This document shows, one piece after another, positions 1-12,469 of a DNA stretch of 64,000 bases (position 1 is the stretch's first letter; the number at the start of each line of letters is the position of its first letter). The position numbers and the translations under genes are program-made. The notes beneath the pieces are model-generated. The model was not told the DNA's origin. It was given only the letters and a program-made list of their open reading frames with translations, and did no database searches. The stretch is from Ostrea edulis (lineage: Eukaryota), in the NCBI RefSeq assembly GCF_947568905.1, contig NC_079164.1, positions 84,382,001-84,446,000 on the forward strand. Direction: 5' to 3'.

Positions 1-330
1 AGTATAGGGAAACATCTTTCAAGATCTTCATCTCAGCAACAGCCATGATTAGTCCTACAAGCATCCACAGGTAGTGCAGATTTAAGTTTGTTTAAATCAT
101 AACCCCCTGCAGAGTTAGGGTGGGGCCACAATATGGGATCAAAGTTTTATATGGTAATATTTAGGGAACAATTTTAAAATCTTCTCAAGACCAGCAAGGC
201 CATGATTAGTCATATTGATGTGTATAAAGCATCTACAGGTAGTTCCAATTCAAGTTTGTTTATATCGTGACCCCTTGGGGTTAGGGTGAGGTCACAATAT
301 AGGAGATCAACATATACTGGAAATTTGATT
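1..330 (+). repeat. Partial array of ~165-bp satellite-like units of the type carried by non-autonomous Helentron (HINE) elements in oysters
   Basis: Two diverged units (aagatcttc...ggccatgattagtc...gcatc...caggtag...aagtttgttt...atcatgacccc...gttagggtggggccacaata) resemble the oyster Cg170-like repeat from recall. The array is truncated by the window edge. Confidence 0.55.
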
Positions 331-452
331 TCCTTTGATGTTTTCTACTACTTCTATCTGCAACACTGTGAGGTAAAAATGAGAGATTCATTACGGTCAT
401 TAATTTTTGTTGACCCTTGCAATTCCTTTCTTATGAAGTCAGCTCATGTTAA

Positions 453-798
453 GGTAGCTCACTACACTAAAGTTTATATGCTTTATGACACCACGACACA
501 AGATGGCGAGTGAAATGTTTTGTGAAATTATTGTATCGATCGATTTGTTTGTCTATCATCGTAGCTCAGTGGTTAAAGCATTGGGCTGGTGAACCACAGA
601 TCTCGAGTTCAAACCCGCCAGAGTCTTTTGTTCATATGTGTTGATTCAGAAATGATTTTTTTGAAAATCATGTTTTTATCCAAATTTGCATATTTTCTGC
701 CTTTTTGGCATATAAACTTATTACATGTCATTATATCTTTTATGATTAAATCAATTCGTACTGATTTGAGAAACTATTTCGGGGTGTAGTGAGCCACC
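453..798. mobile_element. Non-autonomous Kolobok-like MITE with TTAA TSD
   Basis: TTAA at 449-452 and 799-802. The 15-bp TIRs ggtagctcactacac / gtgtagtgagccacc match 14/15. Confidence 0.7.
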
Positions 799-1264
799 TT
801 AAAGTTTGTTCCAATAGACAGTCCCCTTATAGCATCTACCTCAGTAGTAATGTATATTGTATAATATAGTATTTGATAAAAAATTGTGCATGAGTTGGCA
901 TCCTTTTTATGAAGAGGGAGACAAAAGTTACAAAATACTTGTAGTATTTGTACTGTATTGTATAAAAACATATAAATTAATTTGTATGTAATCATTTTAA
1001 ATTTTGATGTGGATATTCTAGGTTTCCAGTTCTAATTTCATTAAAACTGGAAGAAGTTCATTTGGTCAGAAATTTGACATTTAGTACTAGCTAGGACATG
1101 CATCAAACCTTTTGCAGAAGATGTGATAAAGTGAAATATGTATTTATTTTGACCACTCATATTGTTGAATCAAAGAGACTGTTAATTTGGACCAAATCGT
1201 TGTATGCAAAGATAATTTTCTAAAATGTGTTAGATAGAGTCAGACAACATTGTAAAAGGATGGG

Positions 1265-1335
1265 GAAAAAAGCATCGGACCAGACCAGGATTCGAACCCG
1301 GGCTACCTGAATCTCCACCAGTGTTCGAACCTATC
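1265..1335 (-). mobile_element. tRNA-derived SINE head fragment, same family as 48288-48360
   Basis: The minus strand reads gagattcaggtagcccgggttcgaatcctggtctggt, which has a B box and aligns with gagattcaaggggcccaggttcgaattccagactggt at 48321-48357. Confidence 0.55.
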
Positions 1336-2316
1336 TGACCGCTGTAATATAATTGATAATTATGTTGATGCTTTCTTGTTTAGATTTTTGTTCAGAGTTT
1401 GATTGCCTTACTGTATGTATGAATAACATTAGGATCCCATCAATATGATAGAACGGTGTTATTTGATTTATGATGCCTATATGAATTTTAATCAGGCTAT
1501 CAGAACTTGCAGCAGACTTTTTCTGTGATATCATTTCCTTTTACATATCGTCTGAACCATCAAAGAATTTTTATGTGAATGTGTTAATGTTGGATGTAAA
1601 TATTCTTGACAATATATTATTTCAATGTATTACAATCTTATGAAATTCAGGAAAGTGAAGCCAACAAGTAAGTAACTCGTATTCAGACATATTCCTCCCC
1701 TTTATCCTCTCCAACATGGAGTCCTGTTTATTTAGATGCATGTATTTGTGTGTGTATTGTTGACAAGGTTACCTAAAGCTATGCTCAAAGGACTGTACAT
1801 GATGACAGCCTTTTTGGGCCCCCTAAAACTCAGAATTGGGAGGCCTCGGGAAGCAGGCTAATCATATATGAAATTCTGAAAGACAGACATATTTTACATA
1901 TTATGCCGATCCCTCTAATAGGAGGTGTGTATAGATATGTAAACTGACTAATGGCAATTTAGGTTTTGAATCCTCGTTAATGCTAATAAAGTATATTGCA
2001 TGTCAACGTACTAATTACAAACTTAATTGATGTTTTTACAAACCCTCTGTTTTAATTTACTATTTCTGATTACACGAATCTACCATGATTTTAATGTAAG
2101 CTTATTGAAGCATAAGTAATGATGCAATATGTTTTTTCTAGAGACGTATGGAAACAGATGGGGGAAATATGAATAAAGTCAAATATTTACATTCATTGAA
2201 TCTGTTCTTTTTTTTTTTTCTTTTTTTTTGGAAAATGACATTCCTTTCATCATAGAAAAAGAATACATATTTGTTGCAAACTAGTTCTATCTGGGTTTAT
2301 TTTAGCACCACCTGTC

Positions 2317-2800
2317 CTATGGAGCACCAAATTAACATTAACTCAAATAATTGAAGATATATTTAATCATTAAATATATCATTAATTCATTTGATGTGAG
2401 CAACAATTCAATTAAAGATCTCTTCAAATAATTAATGATATCTTCAATTCTGAATTATCATTTGCATTAATTGAATTGATGATAGCATTAATTATTCTAC
2501 AGAATTGATATAATTGAATTGTTTTCTTTAAATGAATTTATGATATCAAAAATTGAGTTGTGGCTCTCTTTAAAAGAATTTATGCGCGCATTAATTCCTT
2601 ATACAAAAGCATTGTAAATAATTAAAGATATCTTCAATTGAATTGAAGAGATCATCAAATCATTTATACCGATCTCCAAATTAGATTTTGCGAACAATAA
2701 TCCCGCCACATTGATGTGCGCATGCTCTCGTCAGTTGAATAAAGCGCTTGAAATCAATTATTGTTCTCGTCAAATGAAGTAATGCGCACATCAAACAAGT
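2317..2800. mobile_element. Truncated copy of the AT-rich TIR element at 6641-7480
   Basis: Begins tatggagcaccaaattaacat and shares internal segments with 6641-7480 (atttataccga..ctccaaattag.ttttgcga.caa; gcgcgcattaattcctt). Confidence 0.5.
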
Positions 2801-3373
2801 TTATTATCCTTCAGAATAATACAGTCAATTTCATTGGTCGAGGGCTGGTCATATGGAGGGAGACAATTCGTGATGTCTCCCTCACGCGCAGGGTGACAAC
2901 TGTGTTGTTTCCCTCTAGAAGATGAATTAATGGCACAAGGGAGAAAGCGATAACTTTAGTGTTAACAGTAACGATCACAAATAACAATTGAGAAGAAAAA
3001 TATTCCAATTCGAATGCAATTTTGCATTTTTGTTTTGAAATACGTTACGAAATGTGTACGTTTGACGTTGTTTTTTGCATCATTCTACTGTGACATAACA
3101 ATTGAAAGCTTTCTCTCGTTTAACTTTCTCTAATCTCAGTGTTTTGCTTTGCATCTAATAAATGTATGACAATCACATTGAATGTAAAACAAAATAGTGC
3201 ATGTAGTTGAGGGTAGCATTGGTTTCACCACTTGAAAATTGAAAAGTTATAAGAATTGTCTGCAGAGAAAGTTGTTGCGAATTTGTTGACGTTTTAAATA
3301 AAAAAAGAAGTATGGTACAAGTCAATAAATGTGATAGTTTTTTTAACGTTCAGATTCTTCAGGATTTAAAACT

Positions 3374-3937
3374 ATTATGGACTGTTTATCAGGGAGACAT
3401 TATACAATTATTGCTGTTTTTTGAGGTCAATACGATGATTTAGACACCTGAGGAGTACAATATTCACCTCGCTCTTCGGGCTCGGTGAATATTGTACTCC
3501 TCAGGTCTAAATCATCGTATTGACCTCAAAAACAGCAATAATTGTATATTATTATATGATTAAAAAACCCTTCAAGATTGTTCTTTGCTTTAATTGTAAG
3601 TTTTTTAGCCGAACCCAGTGAGAAACGCGGAATTTCATTGGACGGCAAAAATAAGTATAATCGATCGCTCAAGACCTATTTTTGGTCCTATGTGGAAAAA
3701 ATAATTCCTAATGTTCACCTGGAAGGTCACATGCAGGTAAACATAACGTAGTATGATTTCTACATTGTTGGATCTCAGCCAATTAGAGAGCTAGGAATTA
3801 TTCAATCATATAAGAATACAAATTATCATGTCTGAGTACGGTTATCACCCACGGGCGCATTGGCGCCCTCGGGTGATAACTCTACTAAGACCTGATAATT
3901 GTTGATGTTTCCCTCCTAAACAGTCCATAATTGTATA
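3374..3937. repeat. Composite palindromic MITE-like element containing two hairpins
   Basis: Near-perfect ~66-bp-arm inverted repeat at 3401-3547 and a second hairpin at 3819-3901. Outer inverted segments are attatggactgtttatcagggagacat (~3374) and atgtttccctcctaaacagtccataat (~3905-3931). Confidence 0.65.
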
Positions 3938-6404
3938 ATATGCTCTCATCAATGAGTTCAATTGATGAGAGCTATAATTGATTTGATGTCTCGGCTTTTA
4001 TATTTCGAAACAACATTACGAGACCAAGAATGTTTACACGAAAACAAGAACTTTATTTTATTACGGCTCAGAAATGTACAGCCGATCGTTTTCCTACATG
4101 TCACTTTGACGTCATGGTAGTTTTCGAAACGGCCTACACTGTTTTTGCTGACGAAAAATGTGAAATGGTAGGGGTATTCAAAATCTTTTTGCAAAAAAGT
4201 ATTTCAAGTATTTAGTTTGATGCTAATGGATTAATAAATAAATTGCTTTGAATGAAGTTTAAAAAAAAAACTTGTCTGTGCATCGCCATGTTTACGATAT
4301 ACCTTCAAACTTAATAACTGACTATATGTTTCATGTTGTGTGTTTTCCTCAGTTTCTTGTCATTTTGGAAATTATGTCCTTCTTGGCATAATTCCACGCT
4401 CGAATTCAAGTACATTGTCAATTTACTTGTGCCTCTGAAGAATAAATCTTGACTGTATAATCTCTTTGAACGATGAACGAACAGTGATTAATCTCAACTC
4501 CTATGAAGAATACAATATCAAAAATAGGGCAATCACGACCCTATATAACAATCGGATAGACGGAGTAATTCGTAATCAAAATTATTGTGTAACGAACGGT
4601 CTCGATTGGTATGAAACGTGTCAGACAGCATCTTACCTAATGGCAGGTTACATTGGCCCTAATATCTTACTAATTCACATGGGTTTTGTTTATTTGGATC
4701 GTAGATCCTATTATGTATATCGTTAATGATCAATTTTAATGACGCAACTTTTCGAGTATTTACACATAATCCACTAGAATCCGAGACATATACAATTATA
4801 TATATATGCTAAAGTATATCCGCACCAAACAGTAGAGGTCCTTTGTACATGTTATACACCTGGAATATTATTAATTTTAAAAATATAGTAGATTTGCTCC
4901 ATGGAAACAAAGCCGAACGACGTTGACTGAGTCCAGAGATTGGGTATGAATGATCTTCATTACATGTAAATACATTTATAAATACGCTCCATAGCTCGAT
5001 ACGTGGAAATACTAACGTATAATAATATAGAATAAAAATTATTATAATTTGGCGATGTTAAAACTGTAAAAAGTAGGAAAATGTATAACTTTTTGTTCAA
5101 AATTCCCTCGAAGCGTACTTCTTGCCCACCATTTTAGCGTGGTACTAATCACTCGTGTATCACGTGGTCTGCCACAATGAGTAAAGCGGTATGAAAATTT
5201 TCGTCGCGTCATCAATTCATAATTATCACCGCAGTATATTGTTTACCAAAAAAAAAAAAAAAAATCCCTAAAAAATCAACAAGTATAAAAAAAAAATCAA
5301 CCACAAATAGTACCCCCTTAAAAACATAATAAACATTGTAAGTTTGTAAAGTAATACAGAACTTGTACTACAAAAATCTGTTGCAGTCATTTATTTTTTG
5401 TCCGAAATAGGAATTAGTGATAAATAAACAGTATGACACGATTCCCTTCAAATGATGCACCGTGTACCTTGATAACGTTGTTCGATTCATCGACATTTGA
5501 CTTTTTTTTTTTAATAGACCGACATTTAAATACCCATGTGAGGGGAAATCCCCCAGAGTTCATCCCGGAAGTTTAAAATTCTTCCTGTGTTTTAATACAA
5601 GAAAGTTCCCCATTTTCCGCGTTTGGAAGTAAAGGTAAGGAATATTTCCTCTCAAATAGCTTGAAAGAAAGACTTTATCTTTGTGAATGATTGCTTGCAA
5701 ATTGATTTACAATTCACTGTCAAACGATTGTGTTAAGGAACAAGTTTATTCCTGTTAAAAACGAGGACGGTTTTCCTTCTGCACTCTCAATCAGGAAACA
5801 TTACATGTATAACTTAATTGACACGCGATTCGTCTGTTAAGGCGGGGTAATCTGAAGATGTCTACAGTTTGTGATCACCCATTTTTATTCTGATGGTCTG
5901 TTTTTCGTCCGTAAACTTTTCACATTCTCCAATTCTTCTCAAGTTTCGAACCAACCACTTTACGAAAAGCATTCTTGAGTAAGGGGGATTCAAGTTTATG
6001 TAAAAGAAGGGATATCCCTTCCAAAAGGCGTGTACTGTAGAGGCCTATCGGGTTTTCCCCCCGCGAATCAGACCCCAGAAACTCGAATTAATTTTTCTTA
6101 GTGATAAAAAATGAACACAGTTTTATTTTATGTAGGAATTAAGGAAGTACTTTACATCGTCATAATTTCTTACTTCCTTTTAAAGCATGGATGATTTACT
6201 TGTATCATGGCCAAATAAAACTAGATTTTTTTTTGTCATGTGACCTGTGGTCATTGCGTGATTTTTACTGCACTCATTGAAAAATTTATTTTTTGGCAAA
6301 TGACCACATTACCTTTTGTCACTTTTCACGGCATTAGCTATATAGTACACCGCGCAGATGTTGATATTAAATTGTCTGAATCTTGCGAACGTTGGCTGGT
6401 TGTT

Positions 6405-6610
6405 TTACATCCCATCAAGAATTTTTCACTTAAATATTGAGACGTCACCAGCTGTAGGTGAAGTACCACAAATGTAGACCTATGCTCAGCACTCAGGGCT
6501 GTGGCAGTGAGAGTTCTTTAACGTGCCAACGCCTTGTCGAGATACGGGACCTCCGTTTTTAAGGCCATATCTGATAGACCCGCGATTTTCGCTTCTAAAT
6601 GCCTGAAGTT
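6405..6610 (-). mobile_element. SINE, 3' part; reverse copy of the 38195-38485 family
   Basis: The reverse complement aligns with ...ggtcccgt...gttggcacgttaaaga...ggtctacatttgtgg...cctacagctggtgac.tctcaata at 38320-38470. Confidence 0.7.
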
Positions 6611-6640
6611 TGGGTTGCGTTTATAGCCTTATCACGCCTA

Positions 6641-7480
6641 TGGGGCGCTAAGTTAGCATAAACTTCGATTGAAGATATTTATAATCATTTCAATGCGTTA
6701 TCAATTCATTTGATGCACACAACAATTTAATTAAAAATATCTTAAAATGACGAATGATATCTTCCATTTTGAATCATTGCGCACATTAATTGACTTGGAA
6801 TTACATTGTAGCTTTAATTATTCTGCTGAATTGATGCTTTATTCTGCTGAATTGATGCCCACTTCAATTGAATTGTTGCTATCTTCAAATGAATTGATGA
6901 TATCAACCATTGAATTGATGCACGCTACTATTCAATTAAAGAGAGAATTGAATTATTGCTCTCTTCAATTGAATTACAGCGCGCATCAATTCAATTAAGG
7001 TGCACAATAATTGAATTATTGCTCCCTTCCATTGACTGCACGGTATCATCAATTCAATTGATGCGCATGCTAATCTTCTAGAGAAAGCAACTATCTAATT
7101 GGAGATAAGAATGTTTATTCAATTCAACATATCCACAACTGAATTCGTCATCTTTTTTTAAACTGCTGCTATCGTGAAAAGAGTTGACGCGCGCATTAAT
7201 TCCTTCTGCACAATCGTTGTAAATAATACAAAGGTATCTTCAGTTGATTTAAAAAGATCATTATATTTATACCGAGCTCCAAATTAGGTTTTGCGAGCAA
7301 CAATTCTACCACATTGATGCGCTCATCATTTGAATTAATGAGAGCAACAATTCTACCACATTGATGAGCTCATCATTTGAATTGAATTAATGAGAGCAAT
7401 AATTGAATTGATAATATCCTCAAACAATTAAAGATGTTTTCAATTATTTGAGTTTACATTGTATGTTAATTTGGCGCCCC
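6641..7480. mobile_element. AT-rich non-autonomous TIR element with possible TA TSD
   Basis: Imperfect TIRs tggggcgctaagttagcat / atgttaatttggcgccccg are each flanked by TA. The interior is made of aattgaatt-type microrepeats, with a ~45-bp direct duplication near 7295-7390. Confidence 0.55.
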
Positions 7481-8258
7481 GTAAAGAATGTTTTACTAAA
7501 TGTACAATCAATACTGCAGGCACTAAACTTCATAGGCGCATTGATGATTATTACTACACTGTATATTAGTTTCCGGGTCAAAATGTCAACATTTCTTTCT
7601 TTTAAAAAGGGATATCGATTTAGGGGCGGGGGAATTATGTTTTACAAACATGGCTCGTTTAAACTTTTTATCAAACAGATTTTCCATAAGGGCCAAATTG
7701 CTGAATTCTAACCCTCCTTAAACATTGATCCTTGGCCTCGAAGATCAATACGAATGTCTGTCTTGCTCTTTTGATGATAAATATATTAGTGCAATATTTA
7801 AATAGTTTTACAGTTAAAGCCAATATTTTGTTCCCGATTGGAGATCTGTTAACCATACATTTTCAGGAGAGGGGAAGGATTCAATAGTTGCATAATTCTA
7901 TTGCAAGTCAATGCATGGTTGAATATTAATGCAATATTAAATGTGAATATTGCAACTACATGGAACCTAAGATTTGCTGTCACGGTCAATGAATATAATA
8001 AATACATGTAAATTATTGATCAAATATCGCCCCTACGTAGAAATGTCTACTTTTAAAAATGTCCTTTTTTCATCCCGTCCACTTGGCCGTGACTGACTTT
8101 GATAATCACGTTTTGCGCACATGATCAAATACACGGAAGATTAAAATGGGTTCTTATATATATTTGTATATGCCATTTTGCACAACTAACGTTCAGTTCA
8201 ATAAACTAATCATAATCTAATCACGGAAATTAATATTTCTTATTCACAGCCCGTGACT

Positions 8259-10035
8259 ATGAAAGGTCTGGCCGTACAAGTGCTAGCTGCCATTCTGCTT
8301 TTTGTCTCCCTCTCCTACTCTCAAGAACAATGGGAGGGACAGAAATTTGCTAAATACGCCGTAGTGGACAAACAGATCAATGTCAGAGAAATTATTCGAT
8401 TTGGGGGAAGAGAAGGTGAGGGACAGAATGATGTTGAGGAATCTGAAGTCCCAGAGGAGGCTGGCTCCCGTGGGTTCTCTGCTTCTTCCATGCTGACCAT
8501 GCTGTCCAATGCTGCCAAAATAAGGAAGGTTAAAAACATGCTCCCCTTGTCAGGAATCCAATGGCTTAAAGACGACGACACCGGAAAAGCCATTAATTGT
8601 GGTACGTTTATACACATTTGATAAATGGATTGAATTTGACAATGTATATCAATTTTGTGTTTAAAGGTTTGTGTTATAAATGATAAATCTACATCTTTAC
8701 AAATTGATATGTTTGTTGAAGAAAATCCGTTTTAAATGGTAGGGAACTTGCACACTTAGCGAAATTATATTTTCAGGACCGGCGGGTTCACATTTAATCG
8801 TGACATGGAAACCCCGAATCATCGACCCACAGAAATCTGTGTTTATTTCCTTAGACATTACGAATCGTAAGTTCCTTTAGATGACAATTAATATCACAAA
8901 ATTCTCTTTCACTGAAAACCCTGGGATTCATTAAAATATTCCTTTTTCTTCGCCGACAGCTATTGACTTTGACAAGGGTAAGGCTCATATAGATGTGTAC
9001 ATGGAAGACAGTCCTGACCCCATTTTTTCAGTGGACCAAGATATCGCCTGTCAGGATCTTGCCAAACAGCTTCCCCTCTTCCATTGTCCAATGAAGAAAG
9101 GAGGTATGTACCGCGATTTATAACTCCAAATTTATAACACAACTGACTCTCTATCTAGTAGTAGATTTAATTCATATGTTCTTGTTGTAACATATATGTT
9201 TACTTGCAGAATCTCACAAGACTAGCTTCACTTACTCAGATCTGTCCAAACTACCAATGGTAAGACTCAGTCTTCCTTTCTCGTGATTTAACGTGCAATT
9301 AATGATAATTTCATTAGGTCTAGGGTTAATTAATGATAATTTCATTACATCTAGGAGTTAATTAATGATAATTTCATTACGTCTATAGGAGTTAATTAAT
9401 GATAATTTCATCACCTCTTGGAGTTAATTAATGATAATTTCATTACCTCTAAGAGTTAATTAATAATTTCATTACGTCTATAGGAGTTAATTAATGATAA
9501 TTTCATTACGTCTTGGAGTTAATTAATGATAATTTCATTACGTCTATAGGAGTTAATTAATGATAATTTCATCACCTCTTGGAGTTAATTAATGATAATT
9601 TCATTACCTCTAAGAGTTAATCAATAATTTCATTACGTCTATAGGAGTTAATTAATGATAATTTCATTACGTCTTGGAGTTAATTAATGATAATTTCATT
9701 ACCTCTAGGAGTTAATTAATAATTTCATTACGTCTATAGGAGTCAATTAATGATAATTTCATTACGTCTTGGAGTTAATTAATGATAATTTCATTACCTC
9801 TTGGAGTTAATTAATGATAATTTCATTACGTCTATAGGAGTTGATTACTGATAATTTCATTACGTCTAGGAGTTAATTGTGATGTTTTCACTTTCAGGGA
9901 AGCTACACCATCGTGCTGAAGATCTTTAGTTATGCATCCAAATCGCAACCATTGTTCGGCTGTCTGAACATGACCTTGAAGATCGTGCCATCGGCAAACA
10001 GATTTGCTCACCCATTTCCACAAGTTATCGTTTAA
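8259..10035 (+). CDS. Secreted ML-domain (MD-2/NPC2/GM2-activator-like lipid-recognition) protein, copy A, 254 aa
   Basis: Coding exons 8259-8601, 8777-8866, 8960-9103, 9210-9259 and 9898-10035; all introns GT-AG, phases compatible, 765 nt. A hydrophobic signal peptide (MKGLAVQVLAAILLFVSLSYS) precedes an acidic ~90-aa linker and then NCGPAGSHLIVTW...IACQDLAKQLPLFHCPMKKGE...GSYTIVLKIF...LFGCLNMTLKI, the Cys spacing and C-terminal GxYxV...C motif of ML domains. An acceptor at 8249 implies an upstream non-coding exon. AATAAA lies near 10363 and 10380. Confidence 0.85.
9295..9875 (+). repeat. Minisatellite of ~28-34-bp units filling intron 4 of ML copy A
   Basis: Roughly 18 units of ggagttaattaatgataatttcattac(gtcta/ctct) are directly visible. 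Confidence 0.9.
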
Positions 10036-10994
10036 ATCATTTTAAGTTCCATATACAAATCCTCTCTTGACTTTCACGAAATTTCATTTTTCACTTCATG
10101 TCATTATTAGCACCATTTCCTTGCTTGTGCAATTGTGTCTCCGATTTAAAGAGAACACGTACTGTTTTCGTGAGTTTCCATCTAAATGTTTTCATCCAGA
10201 TTCCAGCGCATAATCCTTTCACATGTTAGCTTCAACAGTTTATTGTTGACATGTTGTTTCCAATATCAGCGTGTGACTAAAGAATCTCCTAGGGTAAGCG
10301 GTGGGCGTGTCCTTAACTCTCTAAAGGGATATACATATATATTCAATTGTGTTAGATCATTTAATAAAATTTGTTGATGAATAAACATTTGTTACTTAAT
10401 TTTGATTATGAAATGCGGATCGATGTTACATAGTGAGACTTCCCCGGAAGACTGGCTATAATAGTGAATCCCCCCCCCCCCCGAAAAATCATCAATGGAC
10501 TGAGAGTACTCATAGAAAAAATGTTGAATTTAAAAGGGAAGAGGGGCGTACGTTTCAGATGTGACTTGCGATGATGCCCTTAATCCAACAAGCGATACCC
10601 CTACAGGCTCAAATTGAATCAAGGAATTGATAGCCCTATGGATCCCCTACCTCACCCAAATATTCATTCTGTTTTGTCTTTAAATGTTAGCGTCAAAGAG
10701 GCCATCATGAAACTCCTGTATTAAGTATTTGATGCATAATGTCAAAGTTAAGGTGAGCTAAACCATAATCTTTGATGACACTGATCTACTTTCTTGGTAT
10801 TCCTCCCCGGTTATTATAGAGGAAGTGCTAGTTTTAGTGTTGAACATTTTTCCTTATGGTCCTTTCTCAAAAGATTTCTTGTGTTGGTTTCTTTCGTTAC
10901 TGATATATGTGAATTGAATTCATAATTGATGTGTATAAATCTTTTCTTTTCTATGAGTACTATCAGTCCTTTGATGATTTTCCTTACCGACTGG

Positions 10995-11237
10995 TCCCGT
11001 GGAGATCCGGATTAGAATAGGTCCTCAGTGCTCCTTGCTTGTCGTTAGAAACGACTTGGGACGGTCCTTCGGATAAGACCGCAAAAACCGAGGCCCCGAG
11101 TCACAGCAGGTGTGTCACGATAAAGGCCGTAAGCGCCGAGTATAGGCCTAAATTTTGCAACCCTTTACCGGCATTGGTGACGTCTCCATACAAGTGAAAA
11201 ATTCTCAAGCGGGACTTTAACAATATACAACCAATCA
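10995..11237 (+). mobile_element. SINE (second family, sharing the 3' tail with the 38195 family)
   Basis: Contains gcttgtcgttagaaacgact...aaaccgaggcccc...ggtgacgtctccatacaagtgaaaaattctcaagcgggac followed by a caat-type tail. Confidence 0.6.
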
Positions 11238-11266
11238 GTGACTGCTAGCTTCAACATGCAGTCATG

Positions 11267-11545
11267 TATAACAACCTATCATTGGGTCAAATGCTGTCTG
11301 ACGTGTTTCATACCGATTGTTAGGCCGTTCTTGGCACACTGATTTTGACTACGGATAATTCCGTTTACCTGATCAGAATATAGGGCTCACGGCGGGTGTG
11401 ACCGGTCGACAGGGGATGTTCACTCCTCCTAGGCACCTGATCCCACCTCTGGTGTGTCCATGGGTCCGTGTTTGCCCAACTTTCTATTTTCCATTGCTTA
11501 AAGGAGCTATGAGATTGATCACTGTTCGTTATCTTCACCTTTCAC
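11267..11545 (+). mobile_element. 3' fragment of a Penelope-like (probable Naiad-type) retroelement
   Basis: About 85-90% similar by eye to 30760-31035 and 39150-39416, ending in gatcactgttcgttatcttcacctttca. Confidence 0.75.
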
Positions 11546-12469
11546 AAATACACAGCTCCTTTAGGGTTTTCACGAACAATGGAAATGTTGGGGTACCTTC
11601 ATTCAACAAGTGTAATTAAGTATTTGATAAGCGTGATATCAGAAAACTGATGGTATATCAAGATACCCAATATCACTCCTCATCATATGTATAGTCGTAA
11701 ATTAGTCAGATATCAAATATGAATGTAGAGTACTTTAATAATGAAATCCCAGGGTATCGCGAAATAAAGTGTGTAATTAGCTCATTTCCTTAAGCGTGAT
11801 CAGGGTATCTCGAATCAAAATGTATAATTAGCTCATTTCCTTGAGCGTGGTACATGTATCTGAAAACCTCATCATACACATGATTGTACATAGTAGTAAA
11901 TTAGTCAGATATCTTATGGTTCCTTATGGTATACACACAGATGTTGAAATTTCAGGGGATCTCGAATGAAAATGTTTCAGTAGATGATATCTGAAAATAG
12001 ATGGGATATCAAATGAATGAAGGTCTGAATTCAATCCGAATCATTTTCAAAGTAAACACTCAGCTGGAAAAGTTTATTCGTATTTTGCATTGCAAAGTTA
12101 AGTAACTGGGGAAATTGAGCATGAGGTTTGGGATTTCATACGACTCCCGCCATTTAAATAAATCTGCAGATAATTATATTCAAACCCAGTAATCTTTATC
12201 TGGTAGCTGGCTATCAGTAATTAATCATAAATGAATAAACACGTAGTTTACATACGTGGGGCTTCGTTTAAGGTGCTGAAAACGATATACCAGCAAGGAC
12301 AATGTTTATCAAAGCGACTTATATCATAAAAGTGAAGATGAATAGCGAACTAATCGTAAAATGAGACTTGAAGCGAGAGGTGTCCGAAATCTAGTTAGGT
12401 ACCTTGTGGTATTATTAAGGAGGGGGACCCATGTATGAAACAAGTGCCTTTGAATGAACGGTCGATTAA

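Noticed and set aside
3445-3505. Hammerhead ribozyme suggested by CTGAGGA followed by a long hairpin
   Set aside because: No GAAA follows the stem; the downstream sequence is simply the mirror TCCTCAG of a palindrome.
8321-8617. Antisense ORFs over ML exons and over the RTE, CR1 and Neptune elements
   Set aside because: They are shadow ORFs on the reverse of genuine coding sequence and have no independent support.
9295-9875. Possible CRISPR array (also considered for 24087-24188, 15159-15318 and the 43-46 kb array)
   Set aside because: Units are contiguous without unique spacers of regular length, the context is eukaryotic, and no cas genes are present.
11620-12010. Degenerate direct repeats (tagtaaattagtcagatatc; gtataattagctcatttcctt)
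   Set aside because: They are short and diverged, with no termini or coding link; treated as an ordinary decayed tandem duplication.
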